From Candidatus Poribacteria bacterium (GTDB taxonomy: Bacteria > Poribacteria > WGA-4E > WGA-3G), in the NCBI GenBank assembly GCA_965215265.1, contig OZ244048.1:3616001-3680000 (forward strand): DNA of 64,000 bases, given 5' to 3'. Made by a program: the position numbers and the translations under genes. Shown here in pieces: positions 1 through 8,567 of this stretch (positions are counted from its first letter, which is position 1; every line of letters begins with the position of its first letter). The notes under the pieces are model-generated. The model made no database searches, was not told the DNA's origin, and saw only the letters and a list, made by a program, of their open reading frames with translations.

Positions 1-2220
1 AATAACGTCTCTTCGCTTGCCCACAGCGTCTTGAATTTCAAGGATGATCTGCTCGGTAAGTTCACTGTTGCTGAATTCATTGGCACGATCGATGGCAACC
101 TTATTGAGATTCTCCTCGGTGTGGAAATAATAACGTTTGTCGTCATTGTATAAATAGTGGAGATTGCCGCTCATCTTGCTGAGTGCCTCGGTGTAAGTGG
201 CAATTCCGTGTCGAGGTTGTGCGACACCAAGATGAATATGACGGGCATCGATGCCTTTGATGGCTCCACTGGGACAACTGCCGAGGAACACCGTCCGGGC
301 GATGCGGCGTGCAGCTCCGCCGAGCTCGCCAAATCTACGTTCTCCCTGATCTATTAAGTCGACGCGAGAACCGTCCTTGTCGACCTCTGCAAGCACAGGT
401 TCCCATCGCCCTGGAAGCCACTTTTCAAATTCGCTGGAGAGGTTCTCATCATCAAGGGGTAACGTGGCAGGCATGATGAGTGGGGCTGCATCACTGCGTT
501 GGTAGAGCCGGTTAATGGTGATTGCCATGAGTCGTAGGACACCACGCGTGCGCTGAAATCCATGAATGGTAGACCAATCGGAATGCAACCGGTCAAATAT
601 CTCTGGGTGAATCGGGTAGCATGCTTTCATCCGTTCCAGATAACGTTGCTCATGAACCCCTTTCGGAAACTGCTTTCTGTTGTTATTGTAAAGATTTATA
701 AAGGCTTCACAGGTGTGGTCTCGTGCTGCTTCGTCGATTTTATTTCCGAAGAGTCGACGCCGCACGACTTCGAAAGCTTCGTTAATTTCCAGGGGTTTCC
801 ATATAGATTCGATGCGCCCCACACGTGCTTCAAGTATTGAAAGAATCTCTTCGCCCTCTACCCCGCCGGCCTCTCCCTGACTCTCGGGAAGTGTGACGAC
901 AAGTATAACGTTCTTGGCTCTACGGACGGATTCGGTGAGGGCTTGTATAAAGGTATAGTTAACCCCACGTACCTTCTCCGCAACGTTGTGCATATAGGCG
1001 ACGAGTTCGTCCATGAGGATGACACAGGACCCGACGGACGCAAAGAGCCGGTCAAGCTGAGCACCGAGAGGAGCGGAACTTTGTTGTATTGCCGCCTCGC
1101 GTATCAGGTTGTACGCCTCCTGTCCACCGAGTTGATAGGCCATCACCCCCCATAACGTATTCAACGGATCTCCGTTTTCCTTCGTTAATTCAGTATCGGT
1201 GGGTGATAGGTAGGTGCCGACAAGCACGGCGACTTTCGGTTGTGCACCGGATTCTGTGTCCCACCCGGCTTCGTGCAGAATGCCGTGAATCTCCGTGTGC
1301 GTCTGTGTAGATTCACCATCAGCCGGTCTATTAGTGAACGCATCAATGCTGTTGACAAGGTGATAGAGTGCGATGAGACTGTGCGTTTTACCACCTCCGA
1401 ACCCTGTCTTGGTTTGAATGACTGGGTCACCGCCTTTACCACTGAGTTTCTTGACGGCATTAACCAACAATGCCCGGATGCCGCCCGTTACGTAAGTCTG
1501 ATTGAAAAAGCTAACCGGATTGCCGTAGCTAGTCGCGCTAGCTCGGCCATCATAGACCTGCTGAAGGTCGGCTGCCAACTCCGCCTCTTCAAAAGTCCCC
1601 TGGGTGAGCTCAAAGTTTGGTGGGATGACCTCGCGCCACGGTTTAAGGGAGGTTTTAGTCAGCTGGGATTTCTCATCAGGTTCTCTCTTCAGAATTATGG
1701 CCGTTGGTTGCGTCTTTCTATCAACTGGCATCGGAGGCTTGTTCTTATCGTTGAAAAGTGCGTCGCGGAGTTCCTCAACAGCCGCTTTTTCGTCAGGACT
1801 GTTGATTTTGTTTAACACCTCAACAATGTGAAACAGACAGGTTCTGGTGTATTCATTCTCCAAATCCGCTGTGCCTGGGTGCGCGACATGATTTCGGGCT
1901 TTCGTGATAATGCGGAGCATGTCTAGCACGGTCATATCTTCGGTAAACCGCCGTCCGAAAACCTCCTGTTTCCAGTTTTTACTGATGAGATAAGGGAAAT
2001 ATCCGATGTCGATTGCGGCTTCAACGTCGCCGCCGTTCCTTTCCAATTGGTTCTGAAATTCGTACGCCTGCTTACTCGGCAAGACATCATAAATCGCTTC
2101 GTCGAGGGTCTTGCCTCTGACTCGTTTTAAGGAACGAACAACGAAGGGACGCATTGCATCGCGGTAGATGTCAAGTGCTTTGTTGAGGGTGTCACGGTTA
2201 GGGCGTTCTATTGTGCTCAT
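1..2220 (-). CDS. Swt1-like HEPN domain fused to DUF499-family AAA+ ATPase (3' end outside window)
   Basis: Not in ORF track (no stop in window). ATG at 2220 with AAGGAG RBS. Manual translation MSTIERPNRDTLNKALDIYRDAMRPFV...KARNHVAHPG (HEPN RxxxxH) ...LKPWREVIPP...AADLQQV...QTKTGFGGGKTHSLIALYH (DUF499 Walker A). Same frame is still open at position 1. Confidence 0.9.
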   Translation of the reverse strand, partial: MSTIERPNRDTLNKALDIYRDAMRPFVVRSLKRVRGKTLDEAIYDVLPSKQAYEFQNQLERNGGDVEAAIDIGYFPYLISKNWKQEVFGRRFTEDMTVLDMLRIITKARNHVAHPGTADLENEYTRTCLFHIVEVLNKINSPDEKAAVEELRDALFNDKNKPPMPVDRKTQPTAIILKREPDEKSQLTKTSLKPWREVIPPNFELTQGTFEEAELAADLQQVYDGRASATSYGNPVSFFNQTYVTGGIRALLVNAVKKLSGKGGDPVIQTKTGFGGGKTHSLIALYHLVNSIDAFTNRPADGESTQTHTEIHGILHEAGWDTESGAQPKVAVLVGTYLSPTDTELTKENGDPLNTLWGVMAYQLGGQEAYNLIREAAIQQSSAPLGAQLDRLFASVGSCVILMDELVAYMHNVAEKVRGVNYTFIQALTESVRRAKNVILVVTLPESQGEAGGVEGEEILSILEARVGRIESIWKPLEINEAFEVVRRRLFGNKIDEAARDHTCEAFINLYNNNRKQFPKGVHEQRYLERMKACYPIHPEIFDRLHSDWSTIHGFQRTRGVLRLMAITINRLYQRSDAAPLIMPATLPLDDENLSSEFEKWLPGRWEPVLAEVDKDGSRVDLIDQGERRFGELGGAARRIARTVFLGSCPSGAIKGIDARHIHLGVAQPRHGIATYTEALSKMSGNLHYLYNDDKRYYFHTEENLNKVAIDRANEFSNSELTEQIILEIQDAVGKRRDVI

Positions 2221-2831
2221 AGAGGTTCACTCCTTGGGTACTTGTACTTTTTTTTGACGATTAAAGCGGGGAAAAACTACCACCAAACAGAGATAGCCCC
2301 ATGGAGGTGTCTCACAGCGGAGGTCCAAGGAGCTACGATAGCGTTTGTCTATTTTGCATGGCGCAAAGAGATAAGCCGACGCAAGACAGGAAAAGCGAAA
2401 AGGTTGCGGATATAAAAATATACTGGATGTTAATTCTAAATTAACAAGGGGGGGGTATAATGAGTTTAATCTGCTGATTGCCCTTACGTGGCAAGGAAGA
2501 GACTAAGTCGTCGGTGCTGATAGGCCATAGAGACGCGAAACGTGGATATGCGTCGTGCGTGCTGAGGTCGTCGTGAAGTTTGGCAGCTGCGCTGCACGTC
2601 TCTTTTATTGAAAAGTCGATGTTAAGGTTTAGGTTGTTCACTTGTAAGTAACCTGCAAGTCGCGTTCTGCAATTATTAGCGTCTTAAGTGTGTACTTTAT
2701 GGAATTAGTTCAGTTCGTGTTGCTTCTTTCAACTCAACAGAATCTGTTTTCGGAGAGTTCTACAACATTCAATATAAATAGTATCACAATTTCCATTTGC
2801 ATTTCAAGACAAATTCTGTTATATTTATGAT

Positions 2832-3593
2832 ATGCTCATATTTTATTTAGCATTGGCGGTATTGGCGGTTCCCCTTGGCGCGGGAATTGCGTTCACTTCG
2901 CGGGCACAGCAGAAACATTTTAGCATTATTTTCGGGTTTACTGCTGGGGCAGTGCTTGGGATTGTTTTAATGCTGATGCTGCATCTTTACACAGAGTACG
3001 GCTATGCAACAATTTTAATAATGTGGGGTGGCTTCCTGTTAATTTCGGTTTTGGAGTACATGACACCATGGTTAGGCATTGAAAAGCGAGGTGCTTCCGG
3101 TGGCGCTGCGCGTTTCGACAAACGACATTTCTGGGGTGTCAATATAGCACTGATAGGTTTATCTATTCACTCGCTAACTGATGGTTTCAACCTGGTTATC
3201 GCAGCCAAGGAAGGGACGTGGGGCGGTCCCTTGGCCTTGGCCATATTGGTCCATCGATTGCCGATCGCTATTCTGATTTCTGTTGCGCTTTTGCGAGATT
3301 CCGCTTCGGTGAGTCGGGGTGCGCAGCTCATCCCACTTATGTTTGGGCCGTTGCTGGGAGCGTTATTAGGCGAACAGTTGCTCCGTGGCCCGTTCAAGGA
3401 ATTAACAGAGTATCTCACGGCTTTCGCGGCTGGTACCTTGCTGCACATTGTAGTGGACGGTTTTCGAGGGAGTTACCTGCCCCAAAGTGGAGGCTTGAGC
3501 AAAGTCGCTAAAGTCATGTTTATCATCGGATTTATCCTGACGTTTTGTGTTATCCGTTTTTTTCCGGGGTTTGAACCTATACACTATCACTAA
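2832..3593 (+). CDS. ZIP-family metal (Zn/Fe) transporter
   Basis: Multiple TM helices with SIHSLTDG and ILVHRLP metal-binding motifs and AAGTLLHI, typical of ZIP permeases. Confidence 0.8.
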   Translation: MLIFYLALAVLAVPLGAGIAFTSRAQQKHFSIIFGFTAGAVLGIVLMLMLHLYTEYGYATILIMWGGFLLISVLEYMTPWLGIEKRGASGGAARFDKRHFWGVNIALIGLSIHSLTDGFNLVIAAKEGTWGGPLALAILVHRLPIAILISVALLRDSASVSRGAQLIPLMFGPLLGALLGEQLLRGPFKELTEYLTAFAAGTLLHIVVDGFRGSYLPQSGGLSKVAKVMFIIGFILTFCVIRFFPGFEPIHYH

Positions 3594-3629
3594 CATTGCA
3601 ATCAGCCGAGGAGCTGCCAAGGAACGTAG

Positions 3630-6134
3630 ATGCAAAAACACGCTGACCGTAGAACCGTCGTAAAAATTGTTATTGTCGGCTTATGTTTCTTCACTTTAAC
3701 GGTACTGACAGGCAGAACCGAGGTGCCGATAGCAGTCTCCGGTGAACCGAGGGCAGCGTTGCAAATCGCAGCGAATGCATCTGAACAGGAAGAGTTCGCT
3801 GCATCAGAGATCCAGACGTTTATTCGGCAATTCACGGGTGCAGAACTGGAGCTCGTCACAAACCGCGAACAGACAACAACGCCAACGGTCATCCTGTTAG
3901 GTACACCGGATTCACATCCGACGATTGCAAAATTCTTAACGAATCAAACGTTGGCGTTAGCAGAGACGCTCGGGGAGGAAGGGTACCGTATAAAAACAGT
4001 TGAATTTGAGGATGAAATTCTCATTATCGTCACGGCTCACACCCCCCGGGGTGTGATTTATGGGGCATACGGTTTCATTGAGGCGTGCATTACAGCCCTA
4101 ACAGGACTGTCGCCGGTGCATCCGGAGTTGGCTGTCGCGCAAACTCCGGCATTGCTTGTGCCGTTCATAGACGAGTCATCGAGTCCTTTCTATCCAGTGC
4201 GTGCTGTCCTTGAAATAGCCGAACCGGACGTGCTTGTACGGCACCGCGTTAATATGAGCGGCGGCGAGGGGGTTTGGACTGGTACAGGCATTGAAGACGG
4301 CTTCGGCACTGCGTTTAAATATGTAGATGCACTGGCTTTTGAAACGTTGCAAGATGAACCGCGTGCCGAACGGTTAGAACGGATTCAGGAGCTGCAGTAT
4401 CGGTTCGACGCACTGAAGCGGCGGGGCATCGACCCGTATCTTTTCATGTATGTCACTGGAGAACCGACAGAGGCCTTGATTCGACAGCGTCCGGACGTAT
4501 TAGGTCCTGCTGTGCTTTACGGATCCTCTCGGAACGAGGTTTCATATCGTCCGTTCTGCTGGACGAAGCCGGAATTCCATGCACTCGCGCGGCAGTTAAT
4601 TCAGGAGATTGTGAGAACTTACCCGGCACTGGCAGGTTTTCACCTCCGTTCTTGGGGACATGAGACACGTGCATGCGATTGCCCAGATTGCGGAGACAGG
4701 ACCGAACAAGGACAAGCCAAGCTCTGGCAGGTTTACTTTACGATTATCAACGCCGCACGGGAGGTGCGACCGGATTTTAAATTTTACATCTCCGGTTATG
4801 ACAGCAGCTGGCTAAAGGATGCCTCTGGAGACTATGCCCGGCAGCTGCCAAAAGGTACTATTTTTTCTCGAAAGTGGGGGGCAGACGGTGAGCCTATCGT
4901 CCATCCCGGCTTGCCGATTCCGCAGATTAATCTACTTGGCGAGATGGGGCATCGCTTTATTGTGCTTTCCCATGAAGTAGAAGAGGTAATGCCGTTGTGG
5001 ATGTTGGAAAGCGACCTGTTTATGCAAGGGGTTCGCCAGTTCTCCAACAATCCGGAGGTTGTGGGACTCAGCGGTTTTACCGTGCAAGGTGCAACACAAG
5101 GGTTAGGTTACCTAGATAGGCTTGTCAGCGCGCGCTTGAATTGGGATATTGAACTTGATGGGTTTCAATTACTTCACAACGAGTTGGTGGCCCGATACGG
5201 GACAGCAGCAGGCCCGCTAATTCTGAATGCGCTCCGGATTAACGGCTGGAATTTGGCGAGTTATTTTTCAGATTACGCAGGTTCTATTTCCGTAGGAGGT
5301 GCGTATGGAAGTGGTTCTGCCGGATTGGCAACGCGGTTGTGGGCAATTATCGGGCCCCGGGCCGTGGAGGATACACTAGCGATTCCCGAACTTGAAACCG
5401 CAAAAGTCGCAGTGAACCGGTTCACAGAGCTCTTGGCACCCCAACAACAGGCCGCAAATGAGATGCGCCAAGCCCGTGAAGTAGCAGAACCGTTCGATTT
5501 GGAAGCAGGTGAAGATATGCAAGATGCAGTTCATATCATGGAATTGTGGGTTTTGCTTTTCGAGAGTCGCGCGAAACTCGTAGAAGCCATCGTACTCGGC
5601 TATGAGTCAGGTGCCGAGAACGTTCTCCGCGCTAAATTGACAAGTGCGATAGAGTTTTCAAAATCGATACAGCCGCACATTAAAGGGATTGAGGAGTTTG
5701 TCCCGCTATTTGGATACTCGCATCAGACAATTGAAGCCGAGCTGCTGAGTACATTAAACGCAGAAGTCGCTTGGCTTACCAGTTTTGATTATCAAAACCT
5801 CCGAAAGTACGAAGACGATTTTTCACCGGAGGAGACACCCTTCAGAATCTGGGCAGTGCACAATTACCCGAACCCTTTGAAACGCCAAACGACCTTCACT
5901 TATCAATTAACGCTTGATGCAGATGAGGGGAGCATAACAATTTATACGACTTCGGGGCGCAGCGTGCAAATTTTGACAGATATTCCTGTAGACGAAGGCT
6001 ACAACGAATTTTTCTGGGATGCCCGTGATTCAGAGGGAGTACGCCTCGCCAACGGAATCTATTTTTATAGAATTCGAGTTGTTGCAGGTGACGAGAAGGT
6101 AGAGACCATCGGACGGTTAGCCGTGTTAAGATAA
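3630..6134 (+). CDS. Secreted putative carbohydrate-active protein (GH20/GH67-like N-domain, TIM-barrel-like core, NYPNP Ig-like C-terminal domain)
   Basis: Signal peptide; LGEEGYRI...TPRGVIYGAY (hexosaminidase/alpha-glucuronidase N-domain-like); CDCPDC; C-terminal HNYPNP...WDARDSEG..LANGIYFY. Confidence 0.65.
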   Translation: MQKHADRRTVVKIVIVGLCFFTLTVLTGRTEVPIAVSGEPRAALQIAANASEQEEFAASEIQTFIRQFTGAELELVTNREQTTTPTVILLGTPDSHPTIAKFLTNQTLALAETLGEEGYRIKTVEFEDEILIIVTAHTPRGVIYGAYGFIEACITALTGLSPVHPELAVAQTPALLVPFIDESSSPFYPVRAVLEIAEPDVLVRHRVNMSGGEGVWTGTGIEDGFGTAFKYVDALAFETLQDEPRAERLERIQELQYRFDALKRRGIDPYLFMYVTGEPTEALIRQRPDVLGPAVLYGSSRNEVSYRPFCWTKPEFHALARQLIQEIVRTYPALAGFHLRSWGHETRACDCPDCGDRTEQGQAKLWQVYFTIINAAREVRPDFKFYISGYDSSWLKDASGDYARQLPKGTIFSRKWGADGEPIVHPGLPIPQINLLGEMGHRFIVLSHEVEEVMPLWMLESDLFMQGVRQFSNNPEVVGLSGFTVQGATQGLGYLDRLVSARLNWDIELDGFQLLHNELVARYGTAAGPLILNALRINGWNLASYFSDYAGSISVGGAYGSGSAGLATRLWAIIGPRAVEDTLAIPELETAKVAVNRFTELLAPQQQAANEMRQAREVAEPFDLEAGEDMQDAVHIMELWVLLFESRAKLVEAIVLGYESGAENVLRAKLTSAIEFSKSIQPHIKGIEEFVPLFGYSHQTIEAELLSTLNAEVAWLTSFDYQNLRKYEDDFSPEETPFRIWAVHNYPNPLKRQTTFTYQLTLDADEGSITIYTTSGRSVQILTDIPVDEGYNEFFWDARDSEGVRLANGIYFYRIRVVAGDEKVETIGRLAVLR

Positions 6135-6233
6135 TAAGCCAAAAATAGTGGCAGGATAGGTATGGCACCCACCCACTGGGAGGAATGGAAAGACCTGGGC
6201 ATGAGTCGTAAAAAAAATAACGTAGCGTTTTAG

Positions 6234-7352
6234 ATGAAAAGGAGGCTAATGATGTCCCGTGTATATGTATGTTTAACGCTTTTAATGTCGATCATCGGTT
6301 GTAAATCGGAGACTTTACAAGAACATCTGCTTGAACCGCCGCCGCCGCTTATTAATTTCGCCCTCAGCCGGAACGGAGCAACTGCGACAGCCTCACAGTC
6401 AGTCGAGAACCATCTGCCGAGAGAAGTGATTGATGGGGACACAACCTCTGAAACATGGGATGAAGGCAGTGGTTGGGGGTGTAGTTTAGAACACCTCCGC
6501 ACCTCAGATTTGAACAAACGCCCTTATGTGCTCGTTGAGCTCGCGCGCGCCGTTGACATTCGCCGGATTGTTGTATGGACGATTGACGCTGCGCAGTACC
6601 CAGCAAACGAATTCGGACTGAAAGACTATCGGATTGAGTACTGGCATGGTACCGGATGGGGTTTAGTTCCGTCAGGAGATACCAAAGATAAGCAGTACAC
6701 TGCCCGGAATAACACCAAAGGCAGAAGGACTCATCAAATCAGGCAACGCCTAATTGCGAGTAAAGTCCGGCTTGTTCCGGTCTCGTCGAATGATACCGTG
6801 CGCAATTACCAACACATGGCAGGAAAACGGCCCGTCTACGACGTAAAAGGCATCGCACGTGTCATGGAATTGGAGATCTGGGGTTATGCAGCACCGGAAG
6901 TACACACACTCAAACAGATTGCGCAAGGGGTACCGCCTGAGTCGATTAGCCACACCGTGCCGATGGAGACACCAACCGAACAAGAAACCGCTGAACCGAC
7001 ATCCGAGAAAACTATCCGGCATGTCTTAAATCTGTACGAATTGGGTTATGATATGGCGAAGCTGGAGCAGGTGATGTCCTGTTTCTCAACGGCGTACTTG
7101 TCTAATGGACGCACGTATCAAGACGTTCAAACTAAGGCAGCGCGATTTTTTGAAATGTACCATCAGATTGACATGACGCTCACAAACATCGACATTCATC
7201 CGAACATCGCTGATGATACAGCGATTGTAACCGGCGGTTATACGCTGCAGTATCGTTCAAAAGCAGACGGGACGGTTCGGCAGACATCCGGAAAATTGAC
7301 CTTGGTTTTAGCAAGCGAAGATGAGACGTGGCGCATCATCCGGGCAGAATAG
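6234..7352 (+). CDS. Lipoprotein with discoidin (F5/8C)-like domain and C-terminal NTF2/SnoaL-like domain
   Basis: Lipobox-like SIIGC; NFAL..NGATATAS..IDGD...ELEIWG; C-terminal ...WRIIRAE NTF2-type end. Confidence 0.65.
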   Translation: MKRRLMMSRVYVCLTLLMSIIGCKSETLQEHLLEPPPPLINFALSRNGATATASQSVENHLPREVIDGDTTSETWDEGSGWGCSLEHLRTSDLNKRPYVLVELARAVDIRRIVVWTIDAAQYPANEFGLKDYRIEYWHGTGWGLVPSGDTKDKQYTARNNTKGRRTHQIRQRLIASKVRLVPVSSNDTVRNYQHMAGKRPVYDVKGIARVMELEIWGYAAPEVHTLKQIAQGVPPESISHTVPMETPTEQETAEPTSEKTIRHVLNLYELGYDMAKLEQVMSCFSTAYLSNGRTYQDVQTKAARFFEMYHQIDMTLTNIDIHPNIADDTAIVTGGYTLQYRSKADGTVRQTSGKLTLVLASEDETWRIIRAE

Positions 7353-7425
7353 TCCCACCGTTTATTAGCGATGTCTATTGGTACCGCAAAATAGACCTAT
7401 CATCTGTTTTGACAATATCTCTTTG

Positions 7426-7506
7426 ATGCTATGCCTAAGAAATCTCCGACGAGATTTACACCGGATTTCACATAACATAACCCTTGATGGTACGGAGATA
7501 TACGAA
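7426..7506 (+). repeat. Dispersed structured element, copy 1 (short variant)
   Basis: ATGCTATGCCTAAG-AATCTCCGACGAGATTTACAC..variable..TTGATGGTACGGAGATATACGAA; same blocks at 8469-8562 (+) and 46361-46446 (-). Confidence 0.85.
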
Positions 7507-7562
7507 AAATTGTGTCTCATAATTCCACGGGTGAACCGTGCACGTGATGAAAGGAGTTGAAA

Positions 7563-8390
7563 ATGGAAGGCAACGAACCCTCTCATGTTTGGGTAAAATC
7601 ATACATCAACGATGGATATCTGATGCTGCCGAACCTGATTACACCAGAAGAATGTGAGGAATTAAAGGCAGAGATGCTGAAAATCTTTCGTGGTGATTAT
7701 GGGTGCGAATCGATTCCACCGATGGCGGCGACAGCCAGCGAGACGGAGGTTTTAGATAGAATTATGTGCGTTGGCGAGCCGCATGTCTTTAGCCCGCTCG
7801 TGCGTCATTACGTTGAACATCCCAAAATTTGTGAGGTGCTTCAAGCGATTGTCGGTGCGCATATCCCGTTTTGGGATGGCGGTGTAAAGTGCATGCAGTC
7901 CATGATGTTAGGAAAGGCACCAGGGCATAACGGTAACCCGTGGCATCAGGATGAACACCCAATTCCGACACGCGACCGTTCTCTTATCGGTGTCTGGATA
8001 ACGTTAGATGATGCCACCGTTGAAAATGGCTGTCTATGGATATTGCCTAATAGCCATCGTCTTGGTGTAATTTACGACAGGCATCCACACAATAAACAGC
8101 ACGAATTTGACAGTTGTCACGAAGCCGTCGGTTTCGATGACAGCGACGAAATTCCGGTTGAGATGACAGCTGGGAGCGTTCTCTTTTTCAACGGTTACCT
8201 GTTACACCGTTCGAAAAAGAATAGGAGCAACGGTTTTCGCCGCATTTTAGTGAGTCACTACTGCACAACTGCCTCATGGTTAGGTTGGAAGGGGGAGCGT
8301 AACTATCGCGGAGTTGTGGTTGTTGCTGGTGCGGATCCGTATGCCGCCGAGGGCTATGTTACGCCAAACGCCTGGGCGCGCTGGGAATAA
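7563..8390 (+). CDS. Phytanoyl-CoA dioxygenase (PhyH) family Fe(II)/2-oxoglutarate dioxygenase
   Basis: WHQD, VWITLDDATVENGCL, LLHRS motifs; ATG 7563 follows AAGGAG. Confidence 0.9.
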   Translation: MEGNEPSHVWVKSYINDGYLMLPNLITPEECEELKAEMLKIFRGDYGCESIPPMAATASETEVLDRIMCVGEPHVFSPLVRHYVEHPKICEVLQAIVGAHIPFWDGGVKCMQSMMLGKAPGHNGNPWHQDEHPIPTRDRSLIGVWITLDDATVENGCLWILPNSHRLGVIYDRHPHNKQHEFDSCHEAVGFDDSDEIPVEMTAGSVLFFNGYLLHRSKKNRSNGFRRILVSHYCTTASWLGWKGERNYRGVVVVAGADPYAAEGYVTPNAWARWE

Positions 8391-8468
8391 TTATTGAAGA
8401 GCTTGCGAAAAAGGTTATCAATGATGAAGAGGATGAATGATGTTTAGAGTCAATACATCACATCGAAC

Positions 8469-8562
8469 GGCTCCGACGAGATTTACACAGTCATTGACAC
8501 AACATCAGGCGTTGTAGAGCTCCTGTATACGAAAAAGCGTTGATGGTATGGAGATATACGAA
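8469..8562 (+). repeat. Dispersed structured element, copy 2 (long variant)
   Basis: GGCTCCGACGAGATTTACAC...GCTCCTGTATACGAAAAAGCGTTGATGGTATGGAGATATACGAA; ends just before the stop codon of the convergent FG-GAP gene. Confidence 0.85.
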
Positions 8563-8567
8563 TAGGC

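Noticed and set aside
157-1831. Many short ORFs on both strands in the track
   Set aside because: They are shadows of the long minus-strand HEPN-DUF499 gene.
2441-2760. 66-aa ORF and fragments suggesting a pseudogene
   Set aside because: No RBS and no recognisable family; stops in all frames.
7426-8562. Conserved blocks with variable middles as a CRISPR-like or guide array
   Set aside because: Copies are dispersed rather than tandem, middle lengths vary, and no cas or other effector gene is adjacent.
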